Virus record (IMG/VR): IMGVR_UViG_3300042402_007133
Strand: one strand, 5' to 3'
Length of the DNA: 64,000 bases
Source: an uncultured virus (IMG/VR IMGVR_UViG_3300042402_007133)
Taxonomy: Duplodnaviria; Heunggongvirae; Uroviricota; Caudoviricetes
Positions within the stretch are counted from its first letter, which is position 1. Each line of letters opens with the position of its first letter. Shown in pieces: positions 47,584 through 57,877 of this stretch. Made by a program: the position numbers and the translations under genes. Below the pieces are notes generated by a model. That model was not told the origin of the DNA. It made no database searches and worked only from the letters and a program-made list of their open reading frames with translations.

Positions 47584-49400
47584 TGGTTAAAGTAAAAGTT
47601 TGTTGTTGCTCTTGGGTTAATCAATGAATATGCATTCTGCCGCTGCAAAAATGCATTTAGTGTCTGATCGGCAGTCACAACACCCGATACAAATCCTATT
47701 GTATTTTGTGGCTGATTTATTCTTGAAGGAACAACATTCGATCCTATCACTGTCATCTTTGAACCGCCGATGTAATTGAAGTTTGAGTTATCGCAAGCTA
47801 TGGCAGTATCAATGAATATGACCTTTATGATTATTGCATTTGGATTGTTCAAAGCAAATGCATTAGGTCTGTTTGGGAATGTGAAACCTGCATCATCTGC
47901 ATCAACCCTAGAATCTACTATTGTGCAACGATCAAAGACTATAACCACATTTGGGTATTCTCCAGTATACACTAGTTCAAATGTGGAATCAATGAATCTT
48001 GTATCCTGAAAGTAGTGTACCACACCGTTGTAGACATCCTTTGCAATAGGACTATTGAACCCAGGATCTCCTATCTGTATGTTGCATCCTTGAAAATCAC
48101 AAGAATTTATTCTAGAGCTTCCATTCAACACGAGTTCATAGTCTTGGAACAGACTGTCTGTTATTGTTGATGATACATCAGATGTCCCAGTTGGAACGAT
48201 TGATGAGTTTGTTAAGAACTGAATAGACCCATTTCCTGTGAGCTTTGATCTGGAAACATCAAGGAACGACTGTGTTGTGATGTTTGCATCTCCTGCCCTA
48301 AGGCCTTCGACTGATAGCATTCTGTATCCAGCACCCTCTAGATACACCTCAACAGCAGATGTAAGCTTTTTAGGTGAAAAGAAGTATAGCCTATTTGAGT
48401 ACGGGACGAACGTCTTTGAATAGAAGTCCTGTGCCCCTGTTACATTAAAGATGTTTATGTTTTGGTCGTTGTTTTTTAGCTCATCTCCTATGCCAGAAAG
48501 ATCACTTGAAAGCAGAGCTGAAAGATCATCCAAACTTTCAAAATATGGTGTCTCATTTACCGTGTATTCAACATCAATGTATTGTTCATTCAATGTATTT
48601 ATGAATCCATCAACGAGCTCATTGTATGTGATTGAATCAAAGTATGCAGACGTAAAATCTGTCGGGCCTGTTGGGCCAGTAGCCTTTACCCATATTATCC
48701 CATCTCTGAAAACAACATCATTCACAGAATAATCCAACAAACCATCATATTGGCCCTTCCAAACCATCTCATCTGTATTCGTTGGTCCTGTTATTCCTGT
48801 TGGGCCAGTTGGGCCAGTTGGGCCTTGGACCAAGCTGGATGATAAACCATCTGCAGTTTTTCTCCCAAGGTAGCGGTAACAGGTTATTGCTGGTGGTTGA
48901 AACTGTGGGCTCTTCATGAAGGAAGGAAGCCCATTGACAAACACGAGGCACCCAGTCTCATAATCAAACACCCAGTTGTATTCACCAGGGCTAATGTGAT
49001 GCAGGTATCTGTTACTTTGTGTATTTAATACGTAAACGTACGGATTGTACGATAGATCAACATCAGGGCTTATTACATCCTTTACTGTTGAAATTTCATC
49101 AGGATCTGAAGGATCATAGAATGCATTTGTTCCTGGTATCCAGGTTAGTTGCTTCTTTATGATCTTAACGATTATTGGACTGTTAGAATCTGATGGCCAC
49201 GTTGACAGATCAACCGGTGAATTAAGAAGGGGGTTTTTTCCATCTGGAACAGACTTAAGATCAACCCATATCTGTTCAGGAAGAACTTTGTTGTTTGAGA
49301 ATGAGTTGGCATCTCCTATGAGAGGCGCACTGTTATCACGTATGACAGACTTTGAGCCATACTTTCGTATCAATATCGATATTTTCTGTTCAGTTGTCAT
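47580..49400 (-). CDS. Fibre/spike-like paralog
   Basis: MTTEQKISILIRK..., WVFDYETGCLVF, GPTGPTGPTG, WKGQYD...YSVNDVVF and a beta-helix-like C-terminus. Confidence 0.65.
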   Translation of the reverse strand: MTTEQKISILIRKYGSKSVIRDNSAPLIGDANSFSNNKVLPEQIWVDLKSVPDGKNPLLNSPVDLSTWPSDSNSPIIVKIIKKQLTWIPGTNAFYDPSDPDEISTVKDVISPDVDLSYNPYVYVLNTQSNRYLHHISPGEYNWVFDYETGCLVFVNGLPSFMKSPQFQPPAITCYRYLGRKTADGLSSSLVQGPTGPTGPTGITGPTNTDEMVWKGQYDGLLDYSVNDVVFRDGIIWVKATGPTGPTDFTSAYFDSITYNELVDGFINTLNEQYIDVEYTVNETPYFESLDDLSALLSSDLSGIGDELKNNDQNINIFNVTGAQDFYSKTFVPYSNRLYFFSPKKLTSAVEVYLEGAGYRMLSVEGLRAGDANITTQSFLDVSRSKLTGNGSIQFLTNSSIVPTGTSDVSSTITDSLFQDYELVLNGSSRINSCDFQGCNIQIGDPGFNSPIAKDVYNGVVHYFQDTRFIDSTFELVYTGEYPNVVIVFDRCTIVDSRVDADDAGFTFPNRPNAFALNNPNAIIIKVIFIDTAIACDNSNFNYIGGSKMTVIGSNVVPSRINQPQNTIGFVSGVVTADQTLNAFLQRQNAYSLINPRATTNFYFNQ

Positions 49401-51232
49401 AGTGATAACATTAGCTTTTCTAATTCATCTATTAAAAGGGACTTATATGCATCGTAACTTATCACCTGTATTGCCCCATCATCCCACGTAACAACAGGAA
49501 TTTGTGCTCCACCTGGGCCATCTATTGAGAAATAGAAGTCTATATTTGATGCATTGTAAGGCTCATCGATTGTAAAGAATTGTGCAGCAAAATTATTGAA
49601 GTTTACGCCATACCCCACGTTTGACCCAACAACATTTATTGTTCCTCCCTGGTTTGCTGACTGCAAATCAAGCCCAAAGTGGTAGAACATGGAACTGTTT
49701 GCATCAACTCTAACCATGTCTGGTGAATATGTGAATGTTTCTGGGTTTAACACTATTCCAACGCCAGGAAGAAGGCTATTCTCAAACTTTACTGAAAGGT
49801 TCTGAACATCATCTCTGTTTGAAAGTAACACAATGTCATATGCTTGTAGGTTTCTGAGGCTTCCTCCTGTTGTTCTTTGAAAGCCAAAGCTGTTTAGAAC
49901 ATGGAAGATGTGTGAAACTCCCTGAACTGCATCCTGTGTGTAATCTCCTGTTACGGATCCAGAGAACGTGCTGTCCTTTATTATTAGGTCGGCATTTGTT
50001 ATGATCTTCTCTGTATTTATCGAGCACCTCTCAAACACAACGGTTGAATTGTTTGCTTGCCCCCTGGTTGTTTTTATGAGCTTTGAGTTTATCTTGCAAT
50101 CTATAAACTTTACCAGCGTCTCAGAGGAGATTGAATCTATGACAACGTCATTTGCGCCATCGTATGATTTGAAAACAAAGTTTCCTCCTATTTGTGCATT
50201 CTGTATTACGACATCAGAATCAGTTATGGACAGTGTGAACCCAGACGAAAGCATTGCATCGGACGAAAGGTTTGCCCACTTTCTAAATACTATGTTTAGT
50301 ACCTTGTTCTGTATGGTCACATCACCAGTCACAATAGGATACTGATTATTCAACTGGTTAACTACTATTGTTGTAGGAACATCTTCCTGTGCATAGTCTA
50401 TTGCATCTTGCAGAGACGTGAAGTAGAACGGTGAACCATTTGAAAGGCTTGATGTTGGTATTGCATTTGGGTGGTTAACATACAACACATTCTCCGGCAT
50501 CTCTGCTGATGTTCCGGATGGTGAGATGTTTTCCCATGAAGCAGGCGATGCTATTGGACTGCTGGTGGTTGCGCTAAGACATATGTAGCTATTTCCATTT
50601 GTTGTAAACGTTATCACATCATTTGGCTTGTACTGAACAGCAGGAGATACGGTAAAGTTTGTCTGGCCTCTGTATACAAGGACAGAATCATCAATTGGCC
50701 CTGTTTCTCCTATAGGTCCTATTTCTCCCCTCTGCCCAGGTTGCGTGAATGTTGTTATGGATTCAAGCGTCTTTCCTGAATAATAATGGTACGTTAAAAG
50801 AGGTGGATTCTTAAAATCAACATCAAACGGTGTGCTGTCAAACGTTATCTGACCAGACTCCCAATCTACAATGTATGGAAAGGACGTAGCATCAATCAGA
50901 GAGCCTGACTGTGTTCTTAGCTCAATGCCGTATCCAGTGCCAAAGCTTGTTGGTATTATCCTCCCGCTTCTTGCATTGAACTTCTTTCCTACTGAATCAA
51001 CAGGAATTGCTCTTTCCTTTTCAACGTATGTTAGTGTTTGAACACCCGCAACTGTCACTGCATTGTTTGGTGCAGTCTGTGGAATGTATCCGCTGTTCAC
51101 ATAGATGTAAGAAAGGGGAACCTGTGAAAATGTAGAAAAAGGTTCCTCAAAAAATTGAGTCCCCTCTTTCGTAAAAGCCTTTTGGTTAAAGAGCTTTTTG
51201 TAGACTATTTCTAGTTTCTGTTCTTGGGTCAT
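49397..51232 (-). CDS. Fibre/spike-like paralog
   Basis: MTQEQKLEIVYKK..., YIVDWESGQITF, GQRGEIGPIGETGP, YKPNDVITF..GNSYIC and FTSLQDAIDYA followed by a beta-helix-like region. Confidence 0.65.
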   Translation of the reverse strand: MTQEQKLEIVYKKLFNQKAFTKEGTQFFEEPFSTFSQVPLSYIYVNSGYIPQTAPNNAVTVAGVQTLTYVEKERAIPVDSVGKKFNARSGRIIPTSFGTGYGIELRTQSGSLIDATSFPYIVDWESGQITFDSTPFDVDFKNPPLLTYHYYSGKTLESITTFTQPGQRGEIGPIGETGPIDDSVLVYRGQTNFTVSPAVQYKPNDVITFTTNGNSYICLSATTSSPIASPASWENISPSGTSAEMPENVLYVNHPNAIPTSSLSNGSPFYFTSLQDAIDYAQEDVPTTIVVNQLNNQYPIVTGDVTIQNKVLNIVFRKWANLSSDAMLSSGFTLSITDSDVVIQNAQIGGNFVFKSYDGANDVVIDSISSETLVKFIDCKINSKLIKTTRGQANNSTVVFERCSINTEKIITNADLIIKDSTFSGSVTGDYTQDAVQGVSHIFHVLNSFGFQRTTGGSLRNLQAYDIVLLSNRDDVQNLSVKFENSLLPGVGIVLNPETFTYSPDMVRVDANSSMFYHFGLDLQSANQGGTINVVGSNVGYGVNFNNFAAQFFTIDEPYNASNIDFYFSIDGPGGAQIPVVTWDDGAIQVISYDAYKSLLIDELEKLMLSL

Positions 51233-54200
51233 GAGTAGTCTTCAAGAATGATTGTGCTTATCGTTATTGGAGAGTTTTCTGCAATACGATATCTTATGTT
51301 TAGCTCGCCTGTTCTTCCACCAATAACAGATCCAAACGTCACCCTTCTTGTGCTCTGGGTGCTTATGGATGCATCAAGGGCAGGATCTCCCAGGTTATAT
51401 GGCTCTGGGACAATTCCTGGGTCGTATGCATCATTTGCACTAATCCAGTCTGTTCCGTTAGGCCCTTCCAGTTTTACTTGTAGTTCCAAACCAGGCGTCA
51501 TTGTATTTGGTGAATCAGGATCAGAGAATTCTATAGGGAAGTTTGAACCATTTACCCCTAGAACAAGGTATTGTATGTGTGAAAGTGTTGGCATAATGCT
51601 TGTGTCTATGTACTCCCATCCATCTCCCTCAACTGCAGATTCACTTGTTATCAGAGAAACCCCTCTAAATCTCATGTTTGTTGGCGTTGATGCATCATCA
51701 TAATACTGCATTCCAACCCTGACCCAAACAGTTCCTTTTCTTGCAGTCTGGCCAAAGGTTATCCTTCTAAAGAGTGCACCCTCTCCAAATGATGCATCAA
51801 GTGCTGCATCACCATTGCTGTAAGGATCCGTTGGAGATGAGGAGTCATACGCAGTGTTTCCATCCAGCCATCCTGTTACTAGTCCAGTATCTGGATCAAA
51901 GATCTTAACTTGGAACTGGAAGTTCGGTGTCATGGTCAAGCCATCCCACGCTTCATTTATGTTTTCACCGCCGACTATCCTAAGCTTCAGATACTTGGTT
52001 GCATTTTCTACATAGCCTACATAGAATGTTGCCCATCTGTAATCATTTACAGAGCTAGGAATTCCAGAATAGTCAGGAGGCAGAGGAGAAACGGGGGTTG
52101 ATGATGTATCCGCATATATGTCCATTGAGCTGTAGTCCTGGCTTGGATAGAAGTAGTATCCGCACAGAACTTGTCCGCTGTTTGTCCCTGTTGATCCCAG
52201 CTGTAGTTCATCATTGCCTGATATGTCAACCTGTGACTGTAATGAATCGTATGCATCGCCCCATGATGAGGATGTGTCATAGATTATTGGTGTATCTCCC
52301 GTTGGATATGTTCCTGTGCCGCTTACATACCTTCCTGAACTTGCTTGGTATCCAAGGTAGTCTAACGGATCAACATTTGGAATCTCCTGCGAGTTTGAGT
52401 CTGCAACAACATTTGTGTTGAGAAGTAGTGCACCAACATCTGTTATCTCCGTTCCTCTTGAATTGTATGCAGCAAGATTAAAACTAAGACCGTCGCTACA
52501 TGCCTCATCAGAAAGAGTCAAAACGTTATTGTTTGTGAAAGTAAGAAGCTTGTTTATAGGCCAAGGAGATCCTGTGCTAGGAGCGCCGCCATCTGCGTCC
52601 TGATCTGTGAGCACATATGAATCAAAATCTGTTGTGTTTAGGCATTCAACTATTCTATCCTTATTGTAGAAGTAATTGACTGCATCCTCAACTTCAAAAC
52701 TCATGAGCATTGTATCTCCAGTAGAAAGAACAGGAACTCCAGAGAGATACTTTTCATTTGTATGGATTCCCTGTGGTCCAGCATTCATGCTTATTATAGG
52801 AGTCAGTGGATTTTCAACATAAAAATCACAGACGCCTTGAACTCCTCTGTAGTTTATTCCAAGCACTTGCATTGTTGTTGTAGCAGCAATTGGATCTGCA
52901 GTCTCTACGCTTGCACTGAATGCAGTGTATATGTCATCCTTTTGATCTATGTTCTCATAAGGATCAACCTTTGCAGCATTGAGCTCAACATCAGGGCTTG
53001 CAACATCTGCAGTTCCGGCGATGTATATTTCCCACGCCTCAAAGTCTGACGCTATTGATGCAAATGATGTGTTGTCATTTATTGAAACAAAAAGAGTTCC
53101 ACCTGACCAAGTTGTTGGTTCCTTTACAACAACATAGAAGTAATTGCTAGGATCATCTATGGACCTTATCAGCAAATTCCTTCCCTGTATCAGCATAGGA
53201 TTTGCCGAAATATCTGTTGCGATTGTAACTTCAACCTGCATTGATCCTGATACTGCGCTAGATGAAGTTGCAACTGTGTAGTATGTTGGATCTTCAGGAA
53301 GATCGAATGACGGATCATCATCGTAGAGATTTCCAGACGATGTTGCTGTAGTTCCAAAGAATCCAAACATCTCACAGTGGCCATTGTAGTCCTTGAACGG
53401 CTCACCATTTGGTGTTATTGCAACAGCAGGCGTAAGGTTTGTGTCTATGACATTTACAACTATGCTATTACCAAGGGTCTTTGCACTAAAGGAGTCCATA
53501 ACTGGGCTCAGTACGAGTGTTATCTGATCTATTGTCTTTGGAGCCGGAGGTGCAAGCTTTCCTATTAAACTGTTTAGGTATGCTATCGAATCTATTATCC
53601 TTGTTGAGCTGTTCCAGTCTGAGAAATATCCTTCAGAAAAAGTTGGAACGCCAGCAGATGGTGGATAGCCTATGTCAGCAAATGTATCGACTGTTGTTGA
53701 GCCGGGCCCAACGCCACAGAACTCAACTAGATAACCAGATGATATGTCTGTTGCAGATGATGAAGAGGACTGGAAGGTCTCCGATACCTCATACAGCGTC
53801 CCGCATCCAGATGATACTATGTAAACTAACTGCTTTTCAAAGTATAACGTGTTTGGCTGCCACTCAAAGTTTGATCTTTGTCTCCTCTTTATGAAATCGT
53901 TTGTCGTCATTATAGGAAACGGGAACGTTGTATAGTACCCCGATCCTATGTTGTATGGATCATAAGGCTGTGCAGTTGCAGAGTTTATTGTTGCATCTAC
54001 AACAGCAAGAGGATAAAGAGGTGTAGTTGCCTGGTTAAGATTTGCAGGAACATAAACAAACCCAAGTAAGACGTAGTCTGATAAACAGTTTACGTTTGGT
54101 GCTGTTACCTGTGGCGGCCAAAGCTTTGTTGCAAGACAACCAGGTGCAAACACATCACCCTTTATGACATCTATCTCTAGCTCATAAAGATCTTCTGCTG

Positions 54201-54627
54201 AATTGTAGTTTGTGCTAGGTGTTGCAATTATCGTGTCGATTCTAGGGCCTGCTGCACCAGAAGAGCTCTCTATTGTTATTGAGCTTGGATTTGAAAGGGA
54301 TGGTGTGCTATAGACATAAGTTCTTCCCTTTAGTCTTGCATAGCCATCTGATACGGCAAGGTATGTGCCGCTGACCCCAACATTTGAAAGCACTAAACCT
54401 TCTAGTATGGCATCCTCAGCATTTGGCTGCATGCCAGTTTCACCATCCTGAGTCCAAAGGGTCCCACAGGTAAAGTTTATGCCAACCTCTCCCTGGTATA
54501 TCATGTTTGACGTCCATGAAGATGCATCATCAACGTGATTTGTTCCAGGTGTTGGAATCTGAGGCCTAGTAGACGTCAGTGTCTTCTCTATCCTTCTGAT
54601 GAAGTTAGACTGAAGCTTTTTTGCCAT
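51229..54627 (-). CDS. Large acidic virion structural protein with a duplicated C-terminal domain
   Basis: 1132 aa. Two copies of TMTP..(F/L)QVK...W(L/I)..N.AYD...PY..GD.ALDAS...RR(I/V)TFG. Confidence 0.6.
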   Translation of the reverse strand: MAKKLQSNFIRRIEKTLTSTRPQIPTPGTNHVDDASSWTSNMIYQGEVGINFTCGTLWTQDGETGMQPNAEDAILEGLVLSNVGVSGTYLAVSDGYARLKGRTYVYSTPSLSNPSSITIESSSGAAGPRIDTIIATPSTNYNSAEDLYELEIDVIKGDVFAPGCLATKLWPPQVTAPNVNCLSDYVLLGFVYVPANLNQATTPLYPLAVVDATINSATAQPYDPYNIGSGYYTTFPFPIMTTNDFIKRRQRSNFEWQPNTLYFEKQLVYIVSSGCGTLYEVSETFQSSSSSATDISSGYLVEFCGVGPGSTTVDTFADIGYPPSAGVPTFSEGYFSDWNSSTRIIDSIAYLNSLIGKLAPPAPKTIDQITLVLSPVMDSFSAKTLGNSIVVNVIDTNLTPAVAITPNGEPFKDYNGHCEMFGFFGTTATSSGNLYDDDPSFDLPEDPTYYTVATSSSAVSGSMQVEVTIATDISANPMLIQGRNLLIRSIDDPSNYFYVVVKEPTTWSGGTLFVSINDNTSFASIASDFEAWEIYIAGTADVASPDVELNAAKVDPYENIDQKDDIYTAFSASVETADPIAATTTMQVLGINYRGVQGVCDFYVENPLTPIISMNAGPQGIHTNEKYLSGVPVLSTGDTMLMSFEVEDAVNYFYNKDRIVECLNTTDFDSYVLTDQDADGGAPSTGSPWPINKLLTFTNNNVLTLSDEACSDGLSFNLAAYNSRGTEITDVGALLLNTNVVADSNSQEIPNVDPLDYLGYQASSGRYVSGTGTYPTGDTPIIYDTSSSWGDAYDSLQSQVDISGNDELQLGSTGTNSGQVLCGYYFYPSQDYSSMDIYADTSSTPVSPLPPDYSGIPSSVNDYRWATFYVGYVENATKYLKLRIVGGENINEAWDGLTMTPNFQFQVKIFDPDTGLVTGWLDGNTAYDSSSPTDPYSNGDAALDASFGEGALFRRITFGQTARKGTVWVRVGMQYYDDASTPTNMRFRGVSLITSESAVEGDGWEYIDTSIMPTLSHIQYLVLGVNGSNFPIEFSDPDSPNTMTPGLELQVKLEGPNGTDWISANDAYDPGIVPEPYNLGDPALDASISTQSTRRVTFGSVIGGRTGELNIRYRIAENSPITISTIILEDYS

Positions 54628-54644
54628 TACGGGATTTATTTTCT

Positions 54645-54653
54645 CTATATATC
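54645..54653 (-). promoter_or_regulatory. Putative late promoter motif GATATATAG
   Basis: Intergenic, upstream of the fibre gene array. Confidence 0.65.
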
Positions 54654-54680
54654 CATGGCCTTAGGGATAGATATTCCCTT

Positions 54681-55118
54681 TTATGTGGCAATCATTGCTG
54701 TAATGGTCACTGGGTATGTGGCCGAAGGATTTCTTAGATATATTTGGTCCAACATGCTGTTGGTTGCGGAACTAAGGGCAAGTATTTTGCCAAGAGGGTA
54801 CCAGTCTGTTTCATCCCATGACCATTCTATGTACTTGTCTGCATCTTCAACATCTGAATCATACTCAACAAACAGGAATATTGCATTTACCTGACCACTT
54901 GCATTTTCTATGTTACAGTAGCCAAGTGTGGTTGATGATGTTCCCTCAAGGGTAAACTGTGTGACCACGCTAGATGTTATTGGAATGAAGAAGCTATCCA
55001 ATGGGATCTGTTGGCTTATCAATTGACCAGATATTGCAGCAAGTTTGTTGTTAACAAACACTATGCGTTTATCTGCAAGTGAATCTAGGCCGGTGTAACA
55101 TGGATCTGTGTAGCTCAT
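54681..55118 (-). CDS. Hypothetical protein, probably structural
   Basis: 145 aa beta-rich ORF adjacent to the fibre array. Confidence 0.5.
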   Translation of the reverse strand: MSYTDPCYTGLDSLADKRIVFVNNKLAAISGQLISQQIPLDSFFIPITSSVVTQFTLEGTSSTTLGYCNIENASGQVNAIFLFVEYDSDVEDADKYIEWSWDETDWYPLGKILALSSATNSMLDQIYLRNPSATYPVTITAMIAT

Positions 55119-55142
55119 GGTTGTTGGTTAATTTATTCTTGA

Positions 55143-55946
55143 TCAGGAATCGTAATGCTTAATCCCGCGTTCATCAAAGATGTATCGTCCCTTCTTACTA
55201 GATTTACCACGCACTATAACGTCTTCTGGTTCATTTGAAGTATCTTGTACATCTTCAACGATTGATTCATCGATCAAGTCAGCCTTTTCCTCTTCATTTT
55301 TGGTACCTTTTTCTGCTTTCACCTTACGTGGCCGTGGATTTATGATAACGTGTTCATCGTGAATTTCTTCATTGGATTCACTATGAGGCTTAATCTCTTC
55401 TAGAGTATTAAGATCAACCTCCATTGATTGATCAGTCTCTTGTGTTAATTCAGATTGCACAGAAACTGGTTGTATCTTTACCTCAGTTGATGGTCTTAGA
55501 TAATCTATGTTTGACTTTAAGAAGAACAATGCAATAAGAGGAATAGGTATTCCTATTATACAGGAAAGGAATATCTTAACGTCCTTCATTTCATCACCTG
55601 TTATGAAAGAAAAGAGATCCATAAAGTTTGTTAGAAACGTTGGATTTGCAAGAATCTGATCGCTCGTAAAGCTATAAGAGTAATAGACGTTTCCTAATAT
55701 CTGCAAGGCAGACAGTATGAAAAAAATGAACCATATTGCACCAGTCTTTATCCTTTCTATAACAGAAATTGCCAGCAAGCTGGCAATAGAACCTAACTCA
55801 AACGTGACTGCCAATAGAATCGACAGCCACGTTGGGTTTCCTAGGTTAAAAAGGTCAATAAGGTGGATAGTCGATATTATTGATGATATCGCAGGAACAG
55901 AAAGAAATGTACCTATTACTACCTTCCTTAGAAGATTACTTTTCAT
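55143..55946 (-). CDS. Multi-pass membrane protein with an acidic C-terminal tail
   Basis: Four hydrophobic segments in the first 145 aa. Confidence 0.7.
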   Translation of the reverse strand: MKSNLLRKVVIGTFLSVPAISSIISTIHLIDLFNLGNPTWLSILLAVTFELGSIASLLAISVIERIKTGAIWFIFFILSALQILGNVYYSYSFTSDQILANPTFLTNFMDLFSFITGDEMKDVKIFLSCIIGIPIPLIALFFLKSNIDYLRPSTEVKIQPVSVQSELTQETDQSMEVDLNTLEEIKPHSESNEEIHDEHVIINPRPRKVKAEKGTKNEEEKADLIDESIVEDVQDTSNEPEDVIVRGKSSKKGRYIFDERGIKHYDS

Positions 55947-56220
55947 TCGATGAAATTTTTATCCTGATGTCAGAAAGGCTGGTCTTTCCTTTATCAAGGT
56001 CGTCCTCAAATATAAGAAAATCGTAGAGCCTGCTCTTTACAATCGAATCTACATCGCCCTTTGACAATGTAGATGTCGTGCTTTCCATTGATTCAATCCT
56101 CTTTTCAATCTTAGTTACTGCCGTACCTGTTGAGCACGACCTAAAAAACATCAAAATGCATAAGACCAATATTATTGGAAGTGCAAATGCATCTGAAAAT
56201 TTCTTTATCTGTTCTAACAT
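55936..56220 (-). CDS. Small membrane-anchored coiled-coil protein
   Basis: Hydrophobic FALPIILVLCILMFF followed by RSC and a coiled coil. Confidence 0.6.
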   Translation of the reverse strand: MLEQIKKFSDAFALPIILVLCILMFFRSCSTGTAVTKIEKRIESMESTTSTLSKGDVDSIVKSRLYDFLIFEDDLDKGKTSLSDIRIKISSNEK

Positions 56221-56531
56221 TAGTTTCTTCTCCTTTCAGCTAAGTTTTCAATTGTTTGATCTTTTACAGTCTTCAAAAGCCTATAGAATTCATCCCTTGA
56301 AAGATTTACTTGTGCCATCCCCGTTGAGTCCGGCACAAGTATTTCCACAGACTTTATTAGATCCTGTATTTCTCTTTCAACATGTTCTTCATCCTTCTTT
56401 CCTTCATTAAGCTCTTTTGTTAAAACCCTTATTTGATTCATCATGAACATATTTGTCAAGTATGAATGAAACACTTGGTCATCACTTAAGAGGTTTAAAA
56501 AATCCCTCAGGTATTTATTCTCCCTGGACAT
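56220..56531 (-). CDS. Hypothetical protein
   Basis: Likely start ATG 56531 (MSRENKY), which shortens the overlap relative to the 56603 call. Confidence 0.55.
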   Translation of the reverse strand: MSRENKYLRDFLNLLSDDQVFHSYLTNMFMMNQIRVLTKELNEGKKDEEHVEREIQDLIKSVEILVPDSTGMAQVNLSRDEFYRLLKTVKDQTIENLAERRRN

Positions 56532-57066
56532 TTTCTTCGTATGTTGGATCGATATTTTCATCAGGATCAATGATTCCATGAAGCTTTGCTTCTGCCTTCT
56601 CAAGGAATGATTGGAGAGTGTTTCTGCGAACTACTGCGCGAGAGAGTGAATCAAGAATAGGATCAAGAAGTTCCTTGAGCCTTGTTGCCTCTTGAAGACC
56701 CGCACCTGTTACCTTTGTGAGATAGTAATAAAGTGCCTCAAGGTGCATGTTGCTGAGTGTGTACTGTGGCCTTCCACCCATAACAACCTTGTTACCTTCC
56801 TTTACACAATCCTCCAATGCCTCATGGACCTTTGGAAGCCCCAAGCAGTCCTTTCCGTCAAACTTCGCTTCATTTTTGATGAAGTCAAAGTACCTATCCA
56901 TCATGTCCTGGTCGATATCAAGCCTGTATCGATATGATTCAAACTCTTTCTTTACGGATTCGACCCGATCTTTCAGTCCTCCAATTTCTTCTGGGGACAT
57001 TGTCCTATACTGAACAGCCTGAAGTTCTTCTTCAGTGTTCTGTTGTTCGTTAATTGCCTCGTTCAT
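56515..57066 (-). CDS. Hypothetical helical protein
   Basis: Likely start ATG 57066 (MNEAINEQ). The ORF track call is 57087. Confidence 0.6.
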   Translation of the reverse strand: MNEAINEQQNTEEELQAVQYRTMSPEEIGGLKDRVESVKKEFESYRYRLDIDQDMMDRYFDFIKNEAKFDGKDCLGLPKVHEALEDCVKEGNKVVMGGRPQYTLSNMHLEALYYYLTKVTGAGLQEATRLKELLDPILDSLSRAVVRRNTLQSFLEKAEAKLHGIIDPDENIDPTYEENVQGE

Positions 57067-57877
57067 TTGAACTTGCTGCAAACTCATAAAGCTCCTCGTA
57101 ATTAAATGATTTGTTAAATTGTTCTAAAAGTTGTAAAAATTTCTCAAGATATATATCCTTTTCATCCCTTGTGATCTCAAAGATGTGAAGCCCAGTCTTT
57201 TCATTGCTTATCATGACCTGGCCTTTTGCCACCTCTAAGTCATACATCTCCTCATACGCATTCATGTATGCAGCAACCTGCATGAAATATGCTTCGATCT
57301 CATCTTTGGTCTTTTCCCTACTAGATGATTTATAGTCTCTTATAACAATACTGTTACCAGTAAAATAGCTGCAGTCACATGTACCAGCATAGCCATTTTT
57401 TAATGAGAACAGTGGCTCTTCAACGCCTGATATGAACTTAAAGTCCTCAAGAAACTGGTTTGATTGGTAGAAGTTATAGAAGAGCTTTCTGCCCTTTGAT
57501 ATGGACTCATGTGAAACTCCCAGCTCCTTAAACTTTATTGGGCTGTAGTCCTGGACCTTTTGAAGAGATGCTGATTTATTGTGGGTCTTATTGTATTCAA
57601 CTATAAAGTCCTCAAGAAGAAGATGCATAACGGTTCCTCTTTCAGCAGCCCTCCTTGCTATCTCTTCACTCTCCTTTAGCCCAACATTCCGCTTAAACTC
57701 TTCCAACTTTGGATTTGGAAGAAGGGATGTTATTGTTGTGACAGAGGGAAAATACAACCAGTTTATTCCGGTTTTTGTGTATTCATTTATTTTATAGAAC
57801 CTGCGATCATCGAACGTAAATTTTCTTTCATATGAATACTTGTTCTGGTACTTTCCTGCTTCATCTTGATAATACAT
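57050..57877 (-). CDS. PD-(D/E)xK exonuclease (RecB/Cas4-like superfamily)
   Basis: PSVTTI, RGTVMHLLLE, EEPLFS..YAGTCD, IRDYKSS and YFMQVAAY. Confidence 0.85.
   Translation of the reverse strand: MYYQDEAGKYQNKYSYERKFTFDDRRFYKINEYTKTGINWLYFPSVTTITSLLPNPKLEEFKRNVGLKESEEIARRAAERGTVMHLLLEDFIVEYNKTHNKSASLQKVQDYSPIKFKELGVSHESISKGRKLFYNFYQSNQFLEDFKFISGVEEPLFSLKNGYAGTCDCSYFTGNSIVIRDYKSSSREKTKDEIEAYFMQVAAYMNAYEEMYDLEVAKGQVMISNEKTGLHIFEITRDEKDIYLEKFLQLLEQFNKSFNYEELYEFAASSNERGN

Noticed and set aside
44345..54627. Diversity-generating retroelement acting on the fibre genes
   Set aside because: No reverse transcriptase and no adenine-mismatched template/variable repeat pair was seen in this window.
57050..57877. 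CRISPR-associated Cas4
   Set aside because: It lacks the four-Cys Fe-S motif, and there is no array or other cas gene. It fits a common phage PD-(D/E)xK exonuclease.
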